A stretch of 64,000 nt of DNA from NCBI GenBank assembly GCA_964467255.1, contig CAYXPR010000003.1, forward strand, positions 79,530 to 143,529, read 5' to 3'. The notes under the pieces were generated by a model that was not told the DNA's origin, did not search any database, and saw nothing but the letters and a program-made list of their open reading frames with translations. The stretch comes from an uncultured Rickettsiales bacterium. GTDB taxonomy: Bacteria; Pseudomonadota; Alphaproteobacteria; Rickettsiales; RGZB01. Positions 39,591 through 47,810 of the stretch are shown piece by piece. Position 1 is the stretch's first letter; the number at the start of each line of letters is the position of its first letter. Made by a program: the position numbers and the translations under genes.

Positions 39591-40327
39591 GCGGGCAGTG
39601 GTGCCAGCACGCCGGAGACGAGTGCGAGCAAGCGTTCGCGGGCTTGCGGCAGCCCGTGGCGGGAATGTTCGAGCAAATGTTTTTCCAAAAAATAACCGGT
39701 GAGGCGCAGTCCGCCAAAAATATCGGCGGCAGGTGAAGCCACTTCATCGCCGCATAAAAATGCGGGCAGGGGCAATAGCTTGTCGTGATAAATTTTCCCT
39801 GCGCTTTCGCATACGGCGCGGCCTGATTTGGGCGATACATACACCAGATTTTCACGTGCGCCCGTGGCAGCGCAGGCGGTGAGGTCGAGCCCGAAGCCGA
39901 GTTCTTTTAACAGTTCCATCTCAAGCAGCACGTAGGTTTTGAGCCAGTCTTCCGGCTGGCCGCGTGTGAGCACGGAGAGAAAATTCAGTAGCGAAACATA
40001 GAGCGACGGATGCGGGTCGCGTTCCGGCATGGCGGCCACGATGAGTGAGAGCGCGGCATTCATGGCATTGAGTTTGGCGCCGTCTTGAATGATGAGGGCA
40101 GAAAAAGCCTTGGCGGGCTCTACGCGCAAACTGCCGAGCTGCTCCTCGAGCCTTGCACTCCAATGTGCTTCTACCACATTGCCCGGCTGCACCCCCGCCC
40201 GCGCTTTTTTGGAAAGCCGCACCATGCCGCTATACATACCTTGCTCGCGCGAAAACACGCGCACAAGTAAAGCGTGCTCGCCATATGCGCGGGTGGAGAG
40301 GATGAGTGCAGTATCGTGCCATTCCAT
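39587..40327 (-). CDS. recO: DNA repair protein RecO
   Basis: 246 aa with an OB-fold N-terminus (MEWHDTALILSTRAYGEHALLVRVFSRE) and typical RecO length. Confidence 0.85.
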   Translation of the reverse strand: MEWHDTALILSTRAYGEHALLVRVFSREQGMYSGMVRLSKKARAGVQPGNVVEAHWSARLEEQLGSLRVEPAKAFSALIIQDGAKLNAMNAALSLIVAAMPERDPHPSLYVSLLNFLSVLTRGQPEDWLKTYVLLEMELLKELGFGLDLTACAATGARENLVYVSPKSGRAVCESAGKIYHDKLLPLPAFLCGDEVASPAADIFGGLRLTGYFLEKHLLEHSRHGLPQARERLLALVSGVLAPLPA

Positions 40328-40445
40328 GCGCAGATTTTAACACGAAGGCACGCGCATGGCTATGCGCTGTGTGCAAAAAACAAAAATCCTTTTTAAAAGC
40401 ACCATCTCTGCGCATAATGGATTTTTCAATGGGATAAACACGCGC

Positions 40446-41351
40446 ATGATGTTTGCACTGGCGTATAATGCGGGCCCCAATTTGGGGGACGATATTCAAA
40501 CCCTCGCGGCTCGACAATATTTGCCACAGGTGGATGTGTGGATTGACCGCGAGAAAATTGCAGAAGCGCAGGCGCAAGAAGGCACAAAGTGCATTATGAA
40601 TGGGTGGTATATGCACAACCCACGCCAGTGGCCGCCCGCAAAAAATATCAGACCATTTTTTATTTCCTTCCACGGGCGGCCTGCGGGCGCACAGAACGTT
40701 CGGGCGTGTGTGTATGATGCAGTTCTGGGCCGCATGCCGCAGGGGTCTGTGCTTGATGTGGCGCACCGCGAGTATTATGCCGCCCACGCGCCCATTGGGT
40801 GCCGCGATATTGCCACGCGTGATGCAATTCAGGCACTTGGTGTTTCCGCTGAATTCAGTGGTTGCCTGACGCTCACGCTACAGCGGCCGGATGTGCCGCG
40901 CGGGGAAAAAATTGTATTTTCTGACCCGTTTGGCACAGTACCGCTCACGACCCACCGGTATGATATATGGTGCAAATTACCCAAAGAGATGCATCAGAAA
41001 GCAAAAAAAGTGACGCACCTTACGCTGCAACACAATGTGCAGAAACGAATGCGTGCCGCAGAAAAACTATTGGAAGCCTATGCTTCCGGTACGCTGGTGG
41101 TGACCGCCAGACTGCATGCCGCGCTGCCCTGCCTTGCCTTCAGGACGCCGGTTATTTTTCTGGACATTGGTCACCGCACCGAACGATTTTCGGGGTATGA
41201 AACATTGCTAAAGCGGGTGCGGGTGGCTGATTTTATAACGGCCGCGAGAGCAGGGGATGTGTCGCACCTTATTTCCGCTCCGGACGTAGCGCAGTTGACA
41301 GCATTGCAGCAAAAAATGCGGCAGCGCACGGAAGCGTTTATTGCGGATTAG
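40446..41351 (+). CDS. polysaccharide pyruvyl transferase family protein
   Basis: The start is trimmed to MMFALAYNAGPNLGDDIQ. The C-terminal TARLHAALPCLAFRTPVIFL resembles the PS_pyruv_trans signature. Confidence 0.55.
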   Translation: MMFALAYNAGPNLGDDIQTLAARQYLPQVDVWIDREKIAEAQAQEGTKCIMNGWYMHNPRQWPPAKNIRPFFISFHGRPAGAQNVRACVYDAVLGRMPQGSVLDVAHREYYAAHAPIGCRDIATRDAIQALGVSAEFSGCLTLTLQRPDVPRGEKIVFSDPFGTVPLTTHRYDIWCKLPKEMHQKAKKVTHLTLQHNVQKRMRAAEKLLEAYASGTLVVTARLHAALPCLAFRTPVIFLDIGHRTERFSGYETLLKRVRVADFITAARAGDVSHLISAPDVAQLTALQQKMRQRTEAFIAD

Positions 41352-41970
41352 CGCGGTTATATTGCTGCTCAGGGGAGCGTGCCCGTGGGTCGAAATCAGG
41401 CGGCGCATTCTCGCGCTCTTTTTCCATCCGTTCGGTTTCTTTTTCCTGCAGGTCTACCCAGCCGTCGGGGTAGCGTTTGTCCCACGAACCCAGCGGTTTG
41501 TGAGGCTGATTAGGGCCCGAAACAAAGGGGTTTGTGTTTTTCGGGAACCATGTTTCATCGACGACGACACTGTCGCAGATGCTCAAATAAGGATCACTGG
41601 CGAACACACCGAACGTGCCGCCAATGATATTGCCGCCGCCATCGGGCGCGAAGATGCGCCCATAGCCACACGAGGTGGAGTCGGTGCGGATGGTGAATTC
41701 GGTGATGTCTTCCGGCAGGCCGCGCCATAAGGTTTCAATGCGGAAGGTGAGGTCGACAAACTCAAACGGAAAGCCGCGCACTTCTTTGGTGGTTTCGCTG
41801 ATGTGGGTGAGGGTGCCTTTAAACGCGATGCTCGCATTTTCCATCGGGAAGCGTGTGCCCGGGCAACCGCAATCCTGCGACACGGTAGGGTCGCGCCGCT
41901 TGGCCCCCGCTGCCTGCGGCAACGTCACGCACAGCATCAGCATCGCAGTGCCGAGAAGGAATTTATTCAT
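41338..41970 (-). CDS. secreted TIMP/NTR-like OB-fold protein with acidic/basic C-terminal tail (paralogue 1)
   Basis: The start is trimmed to MNKFLLGTAMLMLCVTLPQAAGA (signal peptide). It has a CGC motif, ...AFKGTL..., WRG, SCGY and a late Cys, shared with the upstream paralogue. Confidence 0.45.
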   Translation of the reverse strand: MNKFLLGTAMLMLCVTLPQAAGAKRRDPTVSQDCGCPGTRFPMENASIAFKGTLTHISETTKEVRGFPFEFVDLTFRIETLWRGLPEDITEFTIRTDSTSCGYGRIFAPDGGGNIIGGTFGVFASDPYLSICDSVVVDETWFPKNTNPFVSGPNQPHKPLGSWDKRYPDGWVDLQEKETERMEKERENAPPDFDPRARSPEQQYNRANPQ

Positions 41971-42475
41971 TGGGCGAGAGAGGTTCATACGACACTCCGG
42001 CGGGGGTGGGTGGGTTGCGATAGCGCGGGCCTTCCGGCGTGAAGGTGACATCGGGCTCACCCAGCGCAATTAAATCTTCACCCGCCTCAGATAAAAGCCG
42101 TGTGCGGGTGCATTTATCAACGGTGAGCGGGCTGTGTTTTTCGTAAAACGCATAGACGAGATATTCTTTGCCCCGCTCGAAGGGATAACCGCAGCTGATG
42201 CCATATTTCAAAACACCGTATGTATCGGCGCGGTCGGTAAAGAGGCGCAACTGTTCCTGCGCGGGCCCACGCCAGCTTTTGCTGACATCAAAATACACAC
42301 GCAGTTTTTTAGTGCCGTAATCTTTGACCTCAACGACTTTGCCAACAAACACACGGCCCGAACGCTCCCAGCTTTCGGCAGGCGTCCATTCATACTTGCA
42401 GCGGCAATAATCGAACGCGTACGCGGAAGGCGCGAAACTTAAGGCAAACACCGTCAGCAAAAATAACGTGCGCAT
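41963..42475 (-). CDS. secreted TIMP/NTR-like OB-fold protein (paralogue 2)
   Basis: It has the signal peptide MRTLFLLTVFALSFAPSAYA. CRC...SGRVFVGKVVEV...WRG...SCGYPFERGKEYLVYA...DKCTRTRLLSEA matches the bacterial TIMP-like pattern CxC-(VFxGxV)-CGY-(YLVxA)-C. Confidence 0.5.
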   Translation of the reverse strand: MRTLFLLTVFALSFAPSAYAFDYCRCKYEWTPAESWERSGRVFVGKVVEVKDYGTKKLRVYFDVSKSWRGPAQEQLRLFTDRADTYGVLKYGISCGYPFERGKEYLVYAFYEKHSPLTVDKCTRTRLLSEAGEDLIALGEPDVTFTPEGPRYRNPPTPAGVSYEPLSPNE

Positions 42476-42489
42476 GGCGTGAGGACCTC

Positions 42490-43416
42490 TTATAACGTCA
42501 GATTCGATGTATCATCCTGCCAGTTTTCCCGCACTTTTACAAACAGGAACAAATGCACGTGCTGCGACAGCATGCGCTCTAAATCTTTGCGCGCTTCTTC
42601 ACCCACGGCGCGGATGGTGCCGCCGCCTTTGCCGAGGATAATTTTCTTGTGGCTTTCGCGTTCCACGATAATCGCCTGATGTATTTTCACGCCGCCCGCC
42701 GGTTCGGTTTTTGATACCGGACGCTCTTCCCATTTTTCGGTTTCCACCATCAGGGAGTAGGGTAGCTCCTGCCGCAATTTCATAAACAGTTTTTCACGCG
42801 TAATTTCCGCTGCGATAAAGCGCATCGGCGCGTCGGTAATCTGGTCTTCAGGGAACATCCACGGCTGCTTGGGAGCGCCCGTGGCGAGATAATTCTTCAC
42901 ATCATCCACCCCGTCGCCTGTGAGGCCGCTAATCATGAACACTTGCTCAAACAGGTTTTTTTCACCGATCGCAGCGGCAAGCGGCAATAATTTTTCCGGT
43001 GAGATACTGTCAGTTTTATTCAGCACCGCAATGGCGCGCACGCCGCCACGCTTCACGCGGTTTTCAATGCCTTCTAAAATCGTTTGCAAATGAGGGGTGA
43101 TGCCGCGGTGGCTATCCATGAGCAGTAAAATCGTGTCGCCGCTATCCATGCCGCTCCACGCATTTTTCACCATGGCTTTTTCAAGGCCGCGCTTGGGGGT
43201 GAAGATGCCCGGCGTGTCAACAAACACCAGCTGCGCATTTTCCGCCATCACGATGCCGCGCAGCAAGGTGCGCGTGGTTTGCACCTTGGGGGTGACGATG
43301 GCGAGCTTGCTGCCCACGAGTGTGTTGAGTAACGTGGATTTGCCCGCGTTGGTTTCACCCACGAGGGCGATAACCGAACAATGCTGGGAAGAAATATCTG
43401 TGCGGGGAGTGTTCAT
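42490..43416 (-). CDS. era: GTPase Era
   Basis: 308 aa with G1 GETNAGKST, DTPG, NKTD and a C-terminal KH domain. Confidence 0.95.
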   Translation of the reverse strand: MNTPRTDISSQHCSVIALVGETNAGKSTLLNTLVGSKLAIVTPKVQTTRTLLRGIVMAENAQLVFVDTPGIFTPKRGLEKAMVKNAWSGMDSGDTILLLMDSHRGITPHLQTILEGIENRVKRGGVRAIAVLNKTDSISPEKLLPLAAAIGEKNLFEQVFMISGLTGDGVDDVKNYLATGAPKQPWMFPEDQITDAPMRFIAAEITREKLFMKLRQELPYSLMVETEKWEERPVSKTEPAGGVKIHQAIIVERESHKKIILGKGGGTIRAVGEEARKDLERMLSQHVHLFLFVKVRENWQDDTSNLTL

Positions 43417-43425
43417 GCTTAAAGC

Positions 43426-44097
43426 TTATAGCACGGGGCGGGGGGCTTCGCCAAGCTGCGCGAGGAGCGCCTGAGCGGCATCCTGCTCCGCGACTTTTTT
43501 CGAAGCGCCGCTGCCGCGGGCCATTCCCTTGCCTTCCACACTCACTTCGACCAAAAATAACGGTGAATGCGCGGGGCCGGTGGCTTCAATCAGCGTGTAA
43601 TGCGGCAAAGGCAGGCCAAGGCTTTGTGCCCATTCTTGAAGCAGGGTTTTGCTGTCACGCGGGGGCTCGGCCATACTGGCGGCGTGCGGGTCTAAAAGCG
43701 GCAGCAGAAAATTCTTTGCGGCCTTTGGGCCGCCATCGAGATACAGCGCCCCCATTACGGCCTCAAAGGCATTTTCAAGATTGGCAATATTTTCGCGCCC
43801 GCCGGTTTTTTCTTCCCCGTCGCCTAAAATCAGTGCATCCCCCAAGTGGATGGCCTCCGCCATTTTTGCCAGTGTTTCGCGGCGCACCAGATGCGCGCGG
43901 CGCTTGGCGAGCGCGCCCTCATCTTCCTGTGGGTAAAAGGTAATCAGATATTCCGTGACCACCAGGCCGAGCACGCTGTCGCCCAAGAACTCCAGCCGCT
44001 CATAATTCGGCGTGCCATAACTGGGGTGCGTGAGCGCTTCTTTAAGTAGTGAGGGGTCACGAAAAACATGCCCGAGTTTTTGTGCAAACCGGTTCAT
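43426..44097 (-). CDS. rnc: ribonuclease III
   Basis: The start is trimmed to MNRFAQKLGHVF (ATG at 44097). It has the signature ERLEFLGDSVLG and a C-terminal dsRBD. Confidence 0.9.
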   Translation of the reverse strand: MNRFAQKLGHVFRDPSLLKEALTHPSYGTPNYERLEFLGDSVLGLVVTEYLITFYPQEDEGALAKRRAHLVRRETLAKMAEAIHLGDALILGDGEEKTGGRENIANLENAFEAVMGALYLDGGPKAAKNFLLPLLDPHAASMAEPPRDSKTLLQEWAQSLGLPLPHYTLIEATGPAHSPLFLVEVSVEGKGMARGSGASKKVAEQDAAQALLAQLGEAPRPVL

Positions 44098-44101
44098 GTG
44101 A

Positions 44102-44866
44102 TTACTCGATTGGCTGCCAGAAACGGTCGGTGCGGATATTCGCCAGCCATTTCCAGATAATGTAGAACGGTGCATCCGCCGACACAAACACACGCTTGGC
44201 CTTGCCGACCAGATTTTCAGCCGGCACATAGCCCACCATGCTGACAACGCGGCTGTCCTGCGAGTTATCGCGGTTATCACCCATGAAGAAATAATGTTCC
44301 GCAGGTACGGTGTAGACATCCGTATCATCGAGCGGGCCGTTGGGCACATCATCGAGCACAATGTAGCTTTTGCCTTCCGGCATGGTTTCCTTAAATTGGC
44401 GGTAGCGGTGGGCGCGGCCACGTTCGTCTTTTTCTTCCCACCAGCCTAGGTCTTCCCGCGGCAGCGCCTTACCGTTGATGAAAAGCACGCCGCGCTTCAC
44501 CTGAATCGTATCACCCGGTAAGCCCACGAGGCGCTTGATGTAGTCAATCGAAGGGTTTGAAGGCAGGCGGAACACAATCACATCGCCGCGCGCCGGCTCA
44601 TTAAAGAAAATGCGATCTTCCCACAAACGCGGGGCAAGCGGCATGGAGTAACGGCTGTACCCATAGGCCGATTTAGAAACGAAAATATAGTCGCCCACCA
44701 AGAGGCCGGACTTCATGGAGCCCGACGGAATGTGGAACGGTGTGAACACAAAACTGCGCAGCACAATGGGCACCACCACGCACACAAGGATGAGAAACGT
44801 CCATGTTTCGTAGAATTTTTGTTTTTTAGCGTGTTTTAACGCCGCGGCAGGGGAGGTATGTTTCAC
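44102..44866 (-). CDS. lepB: signal peptidase I
   Basis: 254 aa with IPSGSM (catalytic Ser), KRLVGLPGD and GDNRDNSQDSR. Confidence 0.9.
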   Translation of the reverse strand: MKHTSPAAALKHAKKQKFYETWTFLILVCVVVPIVLRSFVFTPFHIPSGSMKSGLLVGDYIFVSKSAYGYSRYSMPLAPRLWEDRIFFNEPARGDVIVFRLPSNPSIDYIKRLVGLPGDTIQVKRGVLFINGKALPREDLGWWEEKDERGRAHRYRQFKETMPEGKSYIVLDDVPNGPLDDTDVYTVPAEHYFFMGDNRDNSQDSRVVSMVGYVPAENLVGKAKRVFVSADAPFYIIWKWLANIRTDRFWQPIE

Positions 44867-44910
44867 GCAGATGTTCCCGAAGAAAATGGCTTAAACCGTT
44901 GCACAGGTTA

Positions 44911-44955
44911 TAAACGAAACGGCGGGACCAAGTCGAGTAAAACTTGCGTCCCGCC
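44911..44955 (-). terminator. candidate intrinsic terminator downstream of the OMP gene
   Basis: GGCGGGACCAAGT...ACTTG(C)GTCCCGCC forms a 13-bp interrupted stem. On the minus strand it is followed by GTTTCGTTTAT. Confidence 0.45.
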
Positions 44956-45012
44956 GCTCTCTCCCCACACGTTGCCTCTTGGTTTCCTCCCCCTTAGAAG
45001 CAACGGTATTTC

Positions 45013-45579
45013 TTAGAAGTGATACACCACCGCTGCGCTATATTGCAGCTGATAGTCAATCCCGTCGGATGTGTCTTGCAGGTAATGCGCCATGCTGCGC
45101 AGACCCAATTCTTCGCTGAACAGGATTTCAAAACCAAGGCCGGCGCGCAGGCCGTCCTGTGTGCCATCTTCCGCCGCACTGCCGCCCAAAGCAGAGGTGG
45201 CGGAAATATCTTTATACATAATCATATAACCCACATCCGCGAGCAGATTCAGGTTTTCATGCACGGGCGCGATACCCATCAGGCTCGCGTAAGCACCCAT
45301 CATCTGAAAATTTGTGGTGAGCGTGCCATTGCGTTGTTCTTCTTCCATGGTGACATAGCCACCGAATTCTATCGCACCATATTCATGGAAACGGTACCCG
45401 CCGAACACTTCACCGCCCGGAAAATTATCGGCAAAACTCTGGTCGAGATTGCCTTCGTACGAAAGCATGGTGTGGGCATAACCGGCGCCGACGTAAAACG
45501 GAACATCATCGTAGCTTGCGGCGGCAGAGCCAGCAGCACCAAGCACAAAAATCATCAGGAAGGGTAGAAATTTTTTCAT
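45013..45579 (-). CDS. small outer-membrane beta-barrel protein (OmpA-N/OmpW-like)
   Basis: 188 aa with the signal peptide MKKFLPFLMIFVLGAAGSAAA, alternating strands and a C-terminal aromatic ...AAVVYHF. Confidence 0.7.
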   Translation of the reverse strand: MKKFLPFLMIFVLGAAGSAAASYDDVPFYVGAGYAHTMLSYEGNLDQSFADNFPGGEVFGGYRFHEYGAIEFGGYVTMEEEQRNGTLTTNFQMMGAYASLMGIAPVHENLNLLADVGYMIMYKDISATSALGGSAAEDGTQDGLRAGLGFEILFSEELGLRSMAHYLQDTSDGIDYQLQYSAAVVYHF

Positions 45580-45813
45580 AACAAGCCTCCTTTGGCAGTT
45601 TACCCGCGTGATACATAGCGTTCGGGAAATGCACCACGCGGGTTCAGCCAGAATGGCAGCGCGTGGTTAATAAAAGGTTACCGGAAAAGAGAAGTAGGGC
45701 GGCGAAATGACCGGAAATGAAGGGGTGTTGTATTTGTGCAACAGCGGTTATGTGCGGGTTTTGGCAGCCAAAAACCGGCCCAAAACCGCCCCAAACCAAG
45801 GCCGCAAACGGTC

Positions 45814-45842
45814 TTGCCCTTCCGTTTAAAACCCTTTATATA
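45814..45842 (+). promoter_or_regulatory. candidate sigma-70 promoter for tRNA-Ser
   Basis: TTGCCC-N17-TATATA lies about 45 nt upstream of the mature tRNA 5' end. Confidence 0.35.
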
Positions 45843-45886
45843 GAGTTTCCTTCGCGGGCGAGCCCCCCGAAGATATCGAATGGTTA

Positions 45887-45978
45887 GGAGCGGTGGCCGA
45901 GTGGCCGAAGGCGGCGGTTTGCTAAACCGTTATACGGGTTAAACCGTATCGGAGGTTCGAATCCTCTCCGCTCCGCCA
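45887..45978 (+). tRNA. tRNA-Ser (anticodon GCU)
   Basis: The acceptor stem is GGAGCGG/CCGCTCC, followed by discriminator G and encoded CCA. The anticodon loop is TTGCTAA, the variable arm is long (TATACGGGTTAAACCGTATC) and the T-loop is GGTTCGAATCC. Confidence 0.9.
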
Positions 45979-46138
45979 TTAAGTCTCAGGGTTCCCACCC
46001 TTAGAGAATTAATGGCATTAAAAGCGCGCATTCCGGGCCACTCACGGGATACCAGCACTTCCCCACACTACTGAGAATACCCAAAATAGACCCCCAAAAG
46101 CCCACTTCTCTCAGTTTGCAAAAAACCAGTGTGGCGAA

Positions 46139-46603
46139 TCAAGATTTGAAGAAATCTACTGTTTTTATGTACGAAACACCAAAAACCTTAGCTACGCTTG
46201 GAATTTTCAACCTTTGTGGTTTCTGAGACTCATCTGTTATGATGGTAGCCCCATTATTTTTTGCATGAGCAATTAACCAAGGATCAGCCCAATTCGAGTC
46301 ATTTTCATTATCAAACCAATTCTGATATTGGGCTGCAATTTGCTTTACAATTTCTTGGTCAGCAACACAATATGACCTAGTGCTACTAATAAAACAACTG
46401 AGGCCCTCTAATAGCCTAATAAGTTCAGAATCTTCCTCTTTCTTCTCTACTAATCTAGCCTGCAGTTCACATTTAACTTCTTGGTGTATTAAGAAACCAC
46501 CTAAAGCGGCATATTCCTTGAATTTATTACGACAATGTTCGATTGGATGATAATCCGAGAAGTACTTAATCAAAGAGTTAGTGTCCCAAACATATTTTTG
46601 CAT
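46139..46603 (-). CDS. DUF4411-like PIN-superfamily nuclease (candidate toxin/effector)
   Basis: The start is trimmed to MQKYVWDTNSLIKYF. The N-terminal WDTN, ADPWLIAHAKNNGATIITDE and KIPSVAKVFGV match my recollection of DUF4411. The ATG lies 1 nt after the upstream stop (TAGCATG). Confidence 0.55.
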   Translation of the reverse strand: MQKYVWDTNSLIKYFSDYHPIEHCRNKFKEYAALGGFLIHQEVKCELQARLVEKKEEDSELIRLLEGLSCFISSTRSYCVADQEIVKQIAAQYQNWFDNENDSNWADPWLIAHAKNNGATIITDESQKPQRLKIPSVAKVFGVSYIKTVDFFKS

Positions 46604-46604
46604 G

Positions 46605-47741
46605 CTAACTCTTAACTTTAGATGCAATTCTGGCCATAATATCTAGGCAATACTTATCTTTTCTGCCTAAGTAATAATGTAAATCACTCTTGGAAATAAT
46701 ATTGCTACGGTAACCTGCATAAACCGCTTTACAATATTTTTGGCCCAACTGGTTAATGGTTGTATATAAGTGGGTATCTTTTCCGCCGCCCGAAGGTTTT
46801 TTTTCGGTCTTTCTTTTTTCATCCAATTCAATTTCAAGGATATTGTAGGCTTCTTGGCTAAGAATCTTGTTGTGTAACAATCTGAGCAATACAACATCTC
46901 TACTAATTTTGTATTTCTCAGAAATGTACTCGATCTCTTTCAGGCTTACGCTTTTATCTATAAGAGATGTTATGAGGGGATCATTACTCAAGTAAGAATC
47001 CGGCAATAAAACCTTTCCAGTAATGCTATTACACAATGCCTCAATCACAGAATGTTCGTATTCTGTTGTATCCGCGTTGTGGACCATACTGCTTTTAAGA
47101 AGTATATGAGCCAGTTCATGAATAATAGAAAATATCTGACCTGCAAGAACATCATTGGATGCTATTCCAATGATTGGCAAAATATCATTGTAGAGCGCCA
47201 ATCCTCGAAGACTTTTGTCTTTCGCGGGCATTTTGAACACTAAAATGTTTAGATCTTCTATTTTAGAAACCAAATATTCATAGAGACCTCTTTTGTCTAG
47301 TCTTTCCAGCCGCTCTTGGGAGGGGTAGATAGTGGAGGAAATGTAATCAATAATTTTTCTTTTTTCGGTTTCTTTAAAGGTAAGGAATTTAGGCATGATA
47401 TCTATATCTGTCGCGCTTGCTAAATAGAGATAACTTTGCCTTCTTTTTTGTAATTCTTCTGAGAGAACAATTACCTTGTAGTTTATATCGATTTTTTCAG
47501 ATCTAAATGTTCTAGTATCAAGCTTATCAATTCCTCCCACTGATTCAGGTTTTATTCTTGGACTTGATAAAAAGAAAGCAATTGGCCTTTTCAATTCTTT
47601 GGACAAGCCCTTTATTGAGCTTAACGTAGGCCTATCTGCAGCCCAAGACTCAATATCAGGGAACTTTCTTGATATGCCAGGATATGCCCTTAGCATCCAA
47701 TTTATGCAGTCATCATTTACGTGAATAATTATTTTTGTCAT
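46605..47741 (-). CDS. ImmA/IrrE-family zinc metallopeptidase (COG2856-like)
   Basis: 378 aa with HEXXH in FSIIHELAHILLKS. It has an N-terminal roughly 60-aa HTH-like segment and a C-terminal helical region. Confidence 0.65.
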   Translation of the reverse strand: MTKIIIHVNDDCINWMLRAYPGISRKFPDIESWAADRPTLSSIKGLSKELKRPIAFFLSSPRIKPESVGGIDKLDTRTFRSEKIDINYKVIVLSEELQKRRQSYLYLASATDIDIMPKFLTFKETEKRKIIDYISSTIYPSQERLERLDKRGLYEYLVSKIEDLNILVFKMPAKDKSLRGLALYNDILPIIGIASNDVLAGQIFSIIHELAHILLKSSMVHNADTTEYEHSVIEALCNSITGKVLLPDSYLSNDPLITSLIDKSVSLKEIEYISEKYKISRDVVLLRLLHNKILSQEAYNILEIELDEKRKTEKKPSGGGKDTHLYTTINQLGQKYCKAVYAGYRSNIISKSDLHYYLGRKDKYCLDIMARIASKVKS

Positions 47742-47810
47742 GCCGCCTCATATGGCCTTTCTAGCATTTAGATATCTAGCCGCACCAGAGAAATTTGCTC
47801 AACGGGATAT

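Noticed and set aside
44859-44874. parS-like half-sites TGTTTCACG at 44859 (lepB start codon region) and TGTTTCAC at 59753
   Set aside because: Only one half of the palindrome matches. The other half is unrelated, and the first site is simply the coding sequence of the lepB N-terminus (MKHT).
45973-45980. 8-nt direct repeat CCGCCATT at the tRNA-Ser 3' end and again at 52699-52706, as possible att sites of the island
   Set aside because: An 8-mer match between two flanks of about 100 bp is not [13 protein letters not shown] compelling, and serine recombinases do not generate long target duplications. I keep it only as a weak hint in the island finding.
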